Assembly (NCBI GenBank): GCA_043731355.1
Contig: JAYTJE010000127.1
Coordinates: forward strand, 1 to 48,518
DNA from: Nitrospirota bacterium
GTDB lineage: Bacteria; Nitrospirota; UBA9217
Reading direction: 5' to 3'
Length of the DNA stretch: 48,518 nt
In this document: piece by piece, positions 27,090-35,622 of the stretch
Layout of the letters: each line of letters begins with the position of its first letter
Numbering within the stretch: position 1 is the first letter of the stretch
The notes under the pieces: model-generated
Database searches by the model: none
The model's input: only the letters and a program-made list of their open reading frames with translations
What the model was told of the DNA's origin: nothing
Made by a program: the position numbers and the translations under genes

Positions 27090-27497
27090 ATGCAGATTAC
27101 TCGAGAAGGTGATTACGGGATACGAAGTGTCCTGTATTTGGCGCGCCAACCGTTCAAAAAGATCAGCTTTGTAAATGAGATCTCGGAAGAATATAAAATC
27201 CCCCGGAGTTTTCTTGCGAAGATCCTTCAAAAGCTGGTAAAAGCAAAGATCGTGCGCTCCTATCGCGGGGTGAAGGGCGGTTTCTCTCTTGCGAAGCAGT
27301 CCAGAGACATATCGGTCCTGAATGTTCTGGAAGCGATCGAGGGCAAGGTTGCGCTGAATGTCTGTCTTGCTGATAAAAAGCAGTGCAACTTCTCACGACA
27401 TTGCCCGGTGAGCGCTGTCTGGGCAACTGCTCAGTCCAAGGTTGTCGAAGTTCTGAATAAGTCGAATTTTGAGGATATGGCAAGATACAAGGGATGA
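27090..27497 (+). CDS. Rrf2-family transcriptional regulator with three Cys (probable Fe-S)
   Basis: 'DYGIR', 'IP..FL.KILQ.L', 'S.RG.KGGF.L', 'AIEG', C-x6-C-x5-C. Confidence 0.92.
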   Translation: MQITREGDYGIRSVLYLARQPFKKISFVNEISEEYKIPRSFLAKILQKLVKAKIVRSYRGVKGGFSLAKQSRDISVLNVLEAIEGKVALNVCLADKKQCNFSRHCPVSAVWATAQSKVVEVLNKSNFEDMARYKG

Positions 27498-27528
27498 ATG
27501 GTCCTTGTGCGCGAGAGGTATCCGGCAT

Positions 27529-27574
27529 AAAAAAATCCGCTCCTCAGGCACTATGCCGGGAGCGGTTTTTTTTT
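27529..27574. terminator. Bidirectional terminator between Rrf2 and the cytochrome c gene
   Basis: A-tract, CCGCTCC...GGAGCGG stem, T9 tract, between convergent genes. Confidence 0.75.
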
Positions 27575-27585
27575 GCCCGTACTGT

Positions 27586-27942
27586 TCAGCAACCCACTGG
27601 AGCTTTTTTTACTGCGGAAGGCTTTGTATCAGCGGCGAAACTTTTCAGGTACAGCACGAGTGACTGCATCTCCACTGATTTCACGTCAAGCGCTTTTCCC
27701 TTCAGGCCTCCCGCGATACAGGCATTGATCGTGCCTTCGAGGTCTTTTATTGCGGCTGCTTTTTCCATACCGTTTCCGTCTTTATGGCAGGTATTGCACG
27801 ATTTCCCCGCAGTCCCGAGTTTGGAGTCGTTGAACAGTGCCTTCCCCTTGTCGATCGAGGCTACATGATGCGCAGCGAAAACAAGGCCTGATCCCACTAC
27901 CATAACCAGCAGAACGAGTACAGCGACTTTCAGAGCTTTCAT
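27586..27942 (-). CDS. Small periplasmic monoheme cytochrome c (SoxA/TsdA-domain-like)
   Basis: Signal peptide, 'KGKALF', CNTCH, 'INACI...KGKAL...EMQSL..YL'. ATG 27942 has SD AGGAGG. Confidence 0.85.
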   Translation of the reverse strand: MKALKVAVLVLLVMVVGSGLVFAAHHVASIDKGKALFNDSKLGTAGKSCNTCHKDGNGMEKAAAIKDLEGTINACIAGGLKGKALDVKSVEMQSLVLYLKSFAADTKPSAVKKAPVGC

Positions 27943-27996
27943 AATCTTTCCTCCTGGTATCATAAAATTGATACAGCGATTTTCGGACGTAGTGTA

Positions 27997-28024
27997 AAGA
28001 TAGCATACCTCTCCGCGTTGTCAA
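27997..28024 (-). promoter_or_regulatory. Promoter of the cytochrome c gene
   Basis: TTGACA-16 nt-TATCTT with a TG extension, on the - strand. Confidence 0.55.
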
Positions 28025-28090
28025 CAGAGATCGCGATGTTAGTTTCTTAGCATTTTACCAATTTTACCGTTCAAATCCACTATCTTTGCG

Positions 28091-28119
28091 TTGACAAACA
28101 GCACGTATGCTGGTACTAT
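28091..28119 (+). promoter_or_regulatory. Promoter of the DUF62 gene
   Basis: TTGACA-17 nt-TACTAT with a TG extension. Confidence 0.65.
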
Positions 28120-28169
28120 TCCTGCGAAAATGATTTAGAAAACAGTGTATTATAAAATACGAGGGGAAG

Positions 28170-28976
28170 ATGTCCACCATTATTACGCTGACAAGTGATT
28201 ACGGCACAAAAGACGCTTTTGCAGCGAGTATGAAAGGCGTGATATACAAGGTCAATCCCCAGGCGCAGCTTGTTGATCTTACCCATGAAATCGGCCCCCA
28301 GGACGTATGGGAGGCGGCATTCACCTTGCGCGCGGCGGCCCGTTTTTTTCCCAAAGGCACGGTGCATCTTGCCGTCGTCGACCCCGGCGTCGGGAGCGGA
28401 CGCCGACCGATCATCGTCGTGACCGAAAGCTACTATTTCGTTGGACCGGACAATGGTTTGTTCACCCTTGTGTATCAGGAGGCAGAACGGATCAGGGTCC
28501 ATCATATCACGGCAGCGCATTACTTTCTCCCGAATCCGGGCCCGACCTTTCACGGAAGGGACATTTTCGCCCCGGTGGCGGGATGGCTGGCGAAAGGCAT
28601 ACCCTCCGGCAACTTTGGCGAGGAAATAACCGACTATGTGAAGCTGAACGTACCTGTGCCAAAAGTTTCGCAGAACACGATAGAAGGCCATGTGGTGCAT
28701 ATCGACCGTTTCGGAAATATTATCACCAACATCGCCTATACGCATGTTCAACCGCTGCTTCCCGAGGGAGGGGGGCCCAACACGCTACGGATCGCGCTTA
28801 TGGGGAAAGAGATCAAGGGCCTCAAACAATATTATGCGGAAGCAGCTCCGGGAGAGCTGAGCGCCATCTTTAACAGCTCAGGCGCGCTCGAGCTGTTCCT
28901 GTTCAAACAAAACGCCCGCACCGCTCTTTCAGCAAAGCGAGGAGAGGTTGTCAGACTTTCGGTTACCGGCGCATGA
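28170..28976 (+). CDS. SAM hydrolase (SAM:hydroxide adenosyltransferase, DUF62; chlorinase/fluorinase superfamily)
   Basis: 'TSDYG..D', 'VVDPGVGSGRR', 'GPDNG', 'TFHGRDIFAP', 'IDRFGNI.TN'. The Asp-Arg-His triad is present. Confidence 0.92.
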   Translation: MSTIITLTSDYGTKDAFAASMKGVIYKVNPQAQLVDLTHEIGPQDVWEAAFTLRAAARFFPKGTVHLAVVDPGVGSGRRPIIVVTESYYFVGPDNGLFTLVYQEAERIRVHHITAAHYFLPNPGPTFHGRDIFAPVAGWLAKGIPSGNFGEEITDYVKLNVPVPKVSQNTIEGHVVHIDRFGNIITNIAYTHVQPLLPEGGGPNTLRIALMGKEIKGLKQYYAEAAPGELSAIFNSSGALELFLFKQNARTALSAKRGEVVRLSVTGA

Positions 28977-29025
28977 GCCCCGGCCGGGAGTCATGAACTC
29001 CTCAGCATCGTCCGCACACTACGTC

Positions 29026-29054
29026 TTGCTTACGATAGCCCCCCGGATTATACT
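29026..29054 (+). promoter_or_regulatory. Promoter of miaB (probably leaderless)
   Basis: TTGCTT-17 nt-TATACT, ATG 6 nt downstream, no SD. Confidence 0.6.
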
Positions 29055-29060
29055 GTCGCT

Positions 29061-30371
29061 ATGAAATCCTTCCATATTATTACTTTTGGCTGCCAGATGA
29101 ACGAGCACGACTCCGAGCGGATGGCCGGTATCCTGAAAGGCCAGGAGTACGTCCAGACGGATGACGCCGCGACCGCGGACGTTATCATTCTCAATACGTG
29201 CAGCATTCGAGAAAAAGCGGAACAGAAGTTCTTCAGTGAATTAGGCCGCCTGAGAAGTTTAAAACTGGAGCGGCCCGGGCTTAGAATCGCGGTTGCCGGA
29301 TGCATTGCACAACAGGAAGGGAAGAACATTCTGTCCCGGGCCCCTTATGTGGACATGATCTTCGGCCCCTCGGATGTGGCGCGCGTGTCCGAACTTCCCC
29401 GGCTCGCAAATACCTGGTCCAATCCGCTCATCGAGATCGACGGTGATCCTGACTATCACCGGAAACAGCTGCCGGCATCGCGGTCCGACCGGCTGAAGGC
29501 CTGGGTCTCGATCATGTATGGGTGCAATAATTTTTGCACCTATTGTATTGTGCCTTATGTCCGGGGCAGGGAACGTTCACGGCCGCCGTCCGACGTGGTC
29601 AGTGAGGTCCGCGAGTTGGCGGAACAGGGCTTTAAAGAAGTGACCTTGCTTGGCCAGAACGTCAACTCCTATGGAAAAGGAGGGGGCGGTTCGGTCGATT
29701 TTCCAGGGTTGCTTGCGCTGGTGAATGAGGTCCCCGGCATCGAGCGGGTCAGGTTTGTCACCTCACATCCCCGGGACCTGTCAGCGGAGCTTATCGTTGC
29801 TCTTCGAGACCTGCCCAAGGTGTGCGAGTCCCTGCACCTGCCGGTGCAAAGCGGCGCGGACCCGGTCCTCACTGCCATGAACAGAAAATACACCCGGGCC
29901 GGATATCTGGACCGCGTCAAAGGGCTCCGTGCCGCAGTTCCTCTCATAACGCTTACGTCCGACATTATTGTAGGTTTCCCCGGTGAAACCGATGAGGATT
30001 TCTCTTTGACCCTGCGGCTGCTCCGCGAAGTTGAGTACGATAGCGTTTTTGCGTTCAAATACTCGAAGCGGCCGGGAACTGCCGCGCTTAAACTATCCGG
30101 CCATGTTCCAGCCGCAGTCAAGGAAGCACGGCTGGCCCAGGTGTTGGACCTCCAAAAGGAAATTTCATCCAGAAAAAATGCCGCTGCCGTAGGCACGACC
30201 TTTGAAGTTCTTGTGGAAGGGCAAAGCCGGAAAGGTGGAAAACTCACCGGCAGAACGCGGGGGAATAAAGCGGTTAATTTTGAAGGCACTGATTCCCTGA
30301 TAGGAACACTCGTTATGGTAAGAATTACGGCCGCCGGGGAAAGTTCGCTGGGCGGTGAACTATGCGCTTAG
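29061..30371 (+). CDS. miaB: tRNA i6A37 methylthiotransferase
   Basis: 'TFGCQMNEHDSE', 'NTCSIREKAE', CxxxCxxC 'GCNNFCTYCIVP', 'LLGQNVNSY', TRAM domain. Confidence 0.96.
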   Translation: MKSFHIITFGCQMNEHDSERMAGILKGQEYVQTDDAATADVIILNTCSIREKAEQKFFSELGRLRSLKLERPGLRIAVAGCIAQQEGKNILSRAPYVDMIFGPSDVARVSELPRLANTWSNPLIEIDGDPDYHRKQLPASRSDRLKAWVSIMYGCNNFCTYCIVPYVRGRERSRPPSDVVSEVRELAEQGFKEVTLLGQNVNSYGKGGGGSVDFPGLLALVNEVPGIERVRFVTSHPRDLSAELIVALRDLPKVCESLHLPVQSGADPVLTAMNRKYTRAGYLDRVKGLRAAVPLITLTSDIIVGFPGETDEDFSLTLRLLREVEYDSVFAFKYSKRPGTAALKLSGHVPAAVKEARLAQVLDLQKEISSRKNAAAVGTTFEVLVEGQSRKGGKLTGRTRGNKAVNFEGTDSLIGTLVMVRITAAGESSLGGELCA

Positions 30372-31627
30372 CTTTTGCCACCCTTGGGTGCAAAATCAAT
30401 CAGGTTGAGACAGACTCGATCCGGCGGGAAATGGCGCTGCGGGGAAATACCGTGGTCCCTTTTGACGAGGACGCTGATGTTTACATCATCAACACCTGCA
30501 CGGTAACGGCAAAGAGTGATTATACCTGTCGGCAGGTGGTCCGCGCCGCAACGCGCAGGGGGAAGGGGGCACGGGTAATCGTGACGGGCTGTTATGCCGA
30601 GACCCGTCCCCAGGAGCTTCTCGCAATTCCCGGCGTGGAACGGGTGATCGGGAACAGGGAGAAACTGTCTATTCCTGAATATCTCGCCGCCTCCTCTTCA
30701 GGACCTTCGGTCCAGTCCGCGCCGGACCTCAAGCATGCCGTGCGGGAAAAGACGCGCGGTTTTCTTAAGATCCAGGACGGATGCAACAACCACTGCTCGT
30801 ATTGTATCGTTCCCTTTGCCCGCGGCAGGTCCCGCAGTGCAATCCCCTCAACCATAATAAGCGAGTTTGAAAAAATGACCGATGCCGGATGCCCTGAAGT
30901 CGTGCTGACCGGAATTCATATCGGTACCTATGGGGCCGATCTGCAACCCGGTACAAATCTTACGGAACTTATAGCGAGTCTCGTCAACAAACGCGGCACG
31001 ACGAGGCTGAGACTCAGTTCTATCGAACCTCGGGAACTTACGGCCGGGACCATAGACTTGCTTGGCAAGGGATTGTGCCGGCATGTGCACATCCCGCTTC
31101 AGAGTGGAGACGATACCATCCTCAAGGCAATGAAGAGGAATTATACTTCTGAATTCTACCAGGAGCTCCTGATCGCTATTTCAAACAAAGTCCCGGAAAT
31201 TGCTCTTGGCGCGGATGTAATGGTGGGGTTCCCGGGAGAAGGGGAGCATGAATTTCACAATACCCTCCGGTTCATCGAGGCTTCACCCCTTACTCATTTG
31301 CATGTTTTCAGTTATTCACCCCGCCCGGGCACACGTGCGGCTGATATGGATGATCAGGTGCCTGAATCCGAGAAGAAAATGAGGAGTGAGATGCTGCGGC
31401 TCCTTGCCCAGGAGAAAAACCTTTCCTTTAGAAAAAAATTACTGGCGCGAGAAATCAATGTCGTGGTGGAAGCCGGCACAAATGCTTCACAGGGAAAGCC
31501 TACAGGCCTTACCGATAATTACATACGAGTGGTCATTGAGAACATTGATGACGGCCTGATAGGCAGGGAAATCCCCGTGAGAATTACTAAAGTAGACGGC
31601 AAATCAACGATTTCCGAGGCATTATAA
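30362..31627 (+). CDS. mtaB: tRNA t6A37 methylthiotransferase
   Basis: 'TLGCKINQ.E', 'INTCTVT', 'KIQDGCNNHCSYCIVP', 'LTGIHIG', 'LSSIEP', 'TDNYI'. Confidence 0.93.
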   Translation: MRLAFATLGCKINQVETDSIRREMALRGNTVVPFDEDADVYIINTCTVTAKSDYTCRQVVRAATRRGKGARVIVTGCYAETRPQELLAIPGVERVIGNREKLSIPEYLAASSSGPSVQSAPDLKHAVREKTRGFLKIQDGCNNHCSYCIVPFARGRSRSAIPSTIISEFEKMTDAGCPEVVLTGIHIGTYGADLQPGTNLTELIASLVNKRGTTRLRLSSIEPRELTAGTIDLLGKGLCRHVHIPLQSGDDTILKAMKRNYTSEFYQELLIAISNKVPEIALGADVMVGFPGEGEHEFHNTLRFIEASPLTHLHVFSYSPRPGTRAADMDDQVPESEKKMRSEMLRLLAQEKNLSFRKKLLAREINVVVEAGTNASQGKPTGLTDNYIRVVIENIDDGLIGREIPVRITKVDGKSTISEAL

Positions 31628-31680
31628 CGTCGCTCTATATGGCCATTTTATAAAAAAAGCGGGAAACCGGAATAAAGCCC

Positions 31681-31842
31681 CTATTCATTCATAATAATCG
31701 GGCAAATAGTTGTAACATGTTAATATTAAACAAGTAAATATGATTAATTAATATGCATATTGCATAATATACGCCTACAAAGCATCCCAAAAAATGGTTT
31801 CCACAGAGTTAATAACAGGTTATCCACAGGTTTTGTGAAGAG
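31681..31842. other. AT-rich segment followed by a cluster of DnaA boxes
   Basis: Perfect TTATCCACA at 31820-31828, GTTTCCACA at 31797, TTAATAACA at 31809, reverse TGTGAAGAG at 31834. Only about 10 G+C in 31711-31770. Confidence 0.55.
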
Positions 31843-31961
31843 CTTCTATAACCATACAGTAATTAAAAGATTTTTAACTTTATGCTGCTTGTTGTTCATG
31901 GTATGGCCTGTTCTTTCCAGCAAAATCATCGTTTTTTTATAGTTATCAATACTCATAAGTT

Positions 31962-33047
31962 CTACTGTTCTAATTTTAAGATTGTATAAATGGTATTGCG
32001 CTGAGCAGCGGAATATCCCGCATCCTTAATTAAATTGATGATTTCCTGCTTTGTCATTCGGAAGGTGATTCCTGCCGCAGCGACTACATTCTCTTCGAGC
32101 ATGGTGCTTCCAAAATCATTGGCCCCGAACTCGAGCGCCACTTGCGCAATTTTGGCGCCCTGCGTTACCCAGGATGCCTGAATGTTATCAAAATTGTCGA
32201 GCATAAGCCGCGACACCGCAAGGACCTTGAGATACTCGACAGCAGTGGCTGATCTTCCGCCAAGTTCGGTATTGCCCGGTTGGTAGGTCCAGGGGATGAA
32301 AGCGGTAAAACCCTTCTTCTCGTCCTGAAGTTCCCTGAGTCTCACCAGATGCTCGATGAGCTCCTTCCGCGTTTCAATACTTCCGAACATCATGGTGGCC
32401 GTGGTGGGCATATTAATGGCGTGCGCCGCTCTCATGACATCCGCCCATTCGCGCCAGCGGATCTTATTGGGGCTCACTTTTTTCCTGACACGGTCGACGA
32501 GGATCTCGGCGCCGGCGCCGGGAATTGAGTCAAGGCCCGCAGCTTTCAGCCGCTGAAGTGCCTGGTGTATTGAGATATGCGCCCGCTTTGCAATAGCGGA
32601 GATCTCCGAGGGTGAAAGGGAATGGACCTGAATAGTAAATTTTGACTTGATGGCGGAGAAAAGCTCTTCAAAATACTCTATCCCGAGCTCGGGATGCACG
32701 CCCCCCTGCATCAGGATCTGCGTGCCTCCCTGGGCGATCGTTTCTTCGATCTTGCTGAACAACTCATGCCTTGAAAGCAGGTAGGCCTCGGGACTGTCCG
32801 CATCCCGGTAAAATGCGCAGAACGTACACTTGTTCACGCAGATATTGGTGTAATTGATGTTTCTGTCGATGATAAAAGTGACGATCCGATTGGGATGGAG
32901 CCTTTTCCGAACGGAATTCGCAAGCTCTCCCAGGGTGAGCAGCTCAGCGTACCGCAGTAAATGGAGGCCTTCGGAACTGTCGAGACGCCTGCCCTCGGCC
33001 ACCTTCCGGGTTATGTTGTCCAGCATTTTCAGGGGAAGCTTTTTCAC
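31962..33047 (-). CDS. mqnC: Cyclic dehypoxanthine futalosine synthase (radical SAM)
   Basis: 'DRNINYTNIC...C.FCAF', 'QILMQGG', 'IPGAGAEIL', 'FTAFIPW', 'QASWVTQG', 'GANDFGS.M.EENVV'. Confidence 0.93.
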   Translation of the reverse strand: MKKLPLKMLDNITRKVAEGRRLDSSEGLHLLRYAELLTLGELANSVRKRLHPNRIVTFIIDRNINYTNICVNKCTFCAFYRDADSPEAYLLSRHELFSKIEETIAQGGTQILMQGGVHPELGIEYFEELFSAIKSKFTIQVHSLSPSEISAIAKRAHISIHQALQRLKAAGLDSIPGAGAEILVDRVRKKVSPNKIRWREWADVMRAAHAINMPTTATMMFGSIETRKELIEHLVRLRELQDEKKGFTAFIPWTYQPGNTELGGRSATAVEYLKVLAVSRLMLDNFDNIQASWVTQGAKIAQVALEFGANDFGSTMLEENVVAAAGITFRMTKQEIINLIKDAGYSAAQRNTIYTILKLEQ

Positions 33048-33048
33048 G

Positions 33049-34122
33049 TTAGCCCCAGATCTTTATCTCGTTATACAGAGTGTCCCGTTCCACCGGTATC
33101 CGGTCGGCCTGTTTGATCAGGTACACGATATCCGCCATCGTCATACTCCCGTCAGTGGTCCCGCCCGCGGCTTTGGTAATGCGTTCTTCCACCACGGTGC
33201 CGTCAAGGTCATCAACACCGAAGTTCAGCGATACCTGCGCGATCTTTTCCCCGAGCATGACCCAATAGGCCTTGATATGGTCGAAATTATCGAGCATCAG
33301 CCGTGAAATGGAAAGTGTCTTGAGATCGTCGAAGCCCGTGGTGTAAGCGGACTTCTTTATCTCCGTGTTCTGTGAATGGAAACTGAGGGGAATGAACGCC
33401 TGAAAACCGTTGGTCCGGTCCTGGAGTTCCCGCAGCCTGAGCAGGTGATCAATGCGGTGTTCCGCGCTCTCGATATGGCCATACAGCATGGTGGCATTTG
33501 ATTTAAGGCCGATCCGGTGCGCAGCCTCGATCACCTCAAGCCAGCGGCTGCCGCTTATTTTTTCAGCGCACAGCGTATTCCGGACCGCGCTGTCGAATAT
33601 CTCGGCGCCGCCGCCCGGCAGGGACCCCAGCCCGGCTTCACGAAGGCTTGTGAGGGTATCGTGAAGCCCCAGACCGGATAATTTGTCCAGGTAGTCTATT
33701 TCAACCGCGGTAAAAGCTTTTATGTGGACCAGGGGAAATTCAGCTTTGATCGCCCGCAACATGTCCAGGTACCATGCAAAGGGCAGGTCCGGGTGCAAGC
33801 CCGACACAATATGGAGTTCACGCACACCCTTGTCCGCTTCCCGCGCCTTGTTCAGGATGTCGTCAATGCTCATCTCGTACGCGCCCGGCTCGCCCTTGCT
33901 CCGGCTGAAGGCGCAGAACTTACAGCGGTTCACACAGATATTGGTGGGATTTATATGCATGTTCTGGACGAAGAAGACCTTGTTGCCGTTCTTCTTCATC
34001 GCAACATGGCTTGCCAGGCGTCCGAGCGACAGCAGCTCGGCGGACCTGAACAGTTCAATGCCGTCTTCGCGCGTCAGGCGGATATTGGAAAGGACTTTTT
34101 CTTTGATCGTAGCAAGGGACAT
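33049..34122 (-). CDS. mqnE: Aminofutalosine synthase (radical SAM)
   Basis: 'HINPTNICVNRCKFCAF', 'ELHIVSGLHP', 'HIKAFTAVE', 'SNATMLYGH', 'HIKAYW', 'DGTVVEE'. Confidence 0.93.
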   Translation of the reverse strand: MSLATIKEKVLSNIRLTREDGIELFRSAELLSLGRLASHVAMKKNGNKVFFVQNMHINPTNICVNRCKFCAFSRSKGEPGAYEMSIDDILNKAREADKGVRELHIVSGLHPDLPFAWYLDMLRAIKAEFPLVHIKAFTAVEIDYLDKLSGLGLHDTLTSLREAGLGSLPGGGAEIFDSAVRNTLCAEKISGSRWLEVIEAAHRIGLKSNATMLYGHIESAEHRIDHLLRLRELQDRTNGFQAFIPLSFHSQNTEIKKSAYTTGFDDLKTLSISRLMLDNFDHIKAYWVMLGEKIAQVSLNFGVDDLDGTVVEERITKAAGGTTDGSMTMADIVYLIKQADRIPVERDTLYNEIKIWG

Positions 34123-34199
34123 GGTTATTAATTGACCCCGCGGCAGGGGAGTCCGCGGTTTTTCAGATTCGTGGAGCAGGCGCGCATTGCAAAAAAATG

Positions 34200-35456
34200 T
34201 TACGCAGGGTGGTCGCTGATATAGATGATCCTGCCGTTAACCATGCTCATCATACAGGATTTTGTCTTCATGAGCAAGTCATAATGGATATCGCCGGATG
34301 ACTTCTCAGGGAAGGGGACTGCAATGAGGTCAGCTTTCTTTCCCGGAGCAAGAGACCCGATATCATCCGCCAGGCCAAGAGCCCTTGCTCCGCCTGTGGT
34401 CGCCAGTTCCATGATGGCACACGCATCCACCCCGTCCGCCTTATGAGCGCTGAAGGCATATCTCATTTCATCCCAGAGATTAAGGCTCGGAGAGCTGGCC
34501 AGGCTGTCGGTCCCGAGGCCTACGGTGATTCCGGCATGAAGCAGTTTTTGCAGCGGCATCCTGCCGACGCCTGTTTCGTGATTGCTTCGGGGACAATGCG
34601 CGACAGGTGTTTCCGAGCTTTTTATCAGCTTTATATCCTGGTCCGTGGCCTGGACCGCATGTATTGCCAGAAAACCGGGGCCGAGCAGTCCCAGGTCGCC
34701 GAGATACTCAAAGGGTGATATTGCTGAAGGGGCCCATGCGCGGTCCCAACCGGCCGCCTGATAAAGCTTTTCAAACCCGCTTTTTCCTCCTTGAAGCAGC
34801 TGCAGCTCATCCCGGGACTCCGCCACATGCATGCAAAGAGGCAGGTGTTTACTCCGGGCAATTTTACTGATAGCAAGCAGCGACGCGCGAGAGACCGTAT
34901 GAGGAGCATGCGGGGACAGACCCATACGGATGCAGGCGGTGTCCCGTGACAGGAGCTTGTTTATCCGTGACAACAGTGCCCGTGCGCGGTCCGGAGAATC
35001 CTCACCCTTGCTCATATCGATGATTTCATGAAAGATCCGGGCCCTCATACGCGATCGTTTCAGGACCCCGGGGCTGGCTCCGTGGGTGCATATTTCACCA
35101 ACACAGGTCGTTCCGCTTTCGATAACGCTCTCGACATTTCGAGAAGCCGCCGCAACGTAGTCTTGGTCACGCAGCGCTTTTTTTGCTTTTATCAGGTTGA
35201 GCACCCAATCAGGAAAAGCCTTTGCCCGTATTGAATTGAGCAAGGGCGGCAGCTCAAGGTGGGTATGCACATTGATCAGGCCGGGCATAAGAACAGCATT
35301 GCGCAGGTTTTTGACCGGGTGCTGCGGATACCTTTTTAGCAGGCGGCGTGAAGGTCCGACAGCGATGATTCTGTCGCGGTTTATAACCACGGCGCCGTCA
35401 ACGAGCAATGTTGCTCCTGGTTGCATGGTGAGGATTATTTGAGCGGTTAGTATCAT
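34200..35456 (-). CDS. Metal-dependent amidohydrolase, probable aminodeoxyfutalosine deaminase
   Basis: 'NVHTHLE', 'SPHAPHT', 'HVAES', 'HCPRSN', 'GTDSLAS'. Directly upstream of mqnE-mqnC. Start placed at MILTAQ. Confidence 0.75.
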   Translation of the reverse strand: MILTAQIILTMQPGATLLVDGAVVINRDRIIAVGPSRRLLKRYPQHPVKNLRNAVLMPGLINVHTHLELPPLLNSIRAKAFPDWVLNLIKAKKALRDQDYVAAASRNVESVIESGTTCVGEICTHGASPGVLKRSRMRARIFHEIIDMSKGEDSPDRARALLSRINKLLSRDTACIRMGLSPHAPHTVSRASLLAISKIARSKHLPLCMHVAESRDELQLLQGGKSGFEKLYQAAGWDRAWAPSAISPFEYLGDLGLLGPGFLAIHAVQATDQDIKLIKSSETPVAHCPRSNHETGVGRMPLQKLLHAGITVGLGTDSLASSPSLNLWDEMRYAFSAHKADGVDACAIMELATTGGARALGLADDIGSLAPGKKADLIAVPFPEKSSGDIHYDLLMKTKSCMMSMVNGRIIYISDHPA

Positions 35457-35528
35457 TACGTAATAGGGAACAGACCTCGGAACACTGACATACTCCGGCC
35501 AAAGGCACAAATAATAGCAATTAATTCA

Positions 35529-35556
35529 ATTTGACATAATATACATTATCGGACAA
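35529..35556 (-). other. dif: dif site (XerC/XerD chromosome dimer resolution site)
   Basis: On the - strand TTGTCCGATAA-TGTATA-TTATGTCAAAT, versus E. coli GGTGCGCATAA-TGTATA-TTATGTTAAAT. The core is identical and the XerD arm matches 10/11. Intergenic and AT-rich. Confidence 0.9.
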
Positions 35557-35622
35557 TTTAAAAGCTAAAGTAATACATTGCAAATTGCGATTAAATGCTG
35601 GTTTTAATAGGTGTATGGCATC

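Noticed and set aside
28170-28976. Fluorinase or chlorinase (halogenase) call
   Set aside because: It retains the Asp-Arg-His residues of DUF62 hydrolases and has no secondary-metabolite context.
31760-31942. 60-aa ORF in the mtaB-mqnC gap
   Set aside because: TTG start and no SD. It overlaps the DnaA-box cluster, which explains the sequence better.
35531-35560. TTGACA as a plus-strand -35 promoter element
   Set aside because: It is part of the XerD arm of dif, and no plus-strand gene follows.
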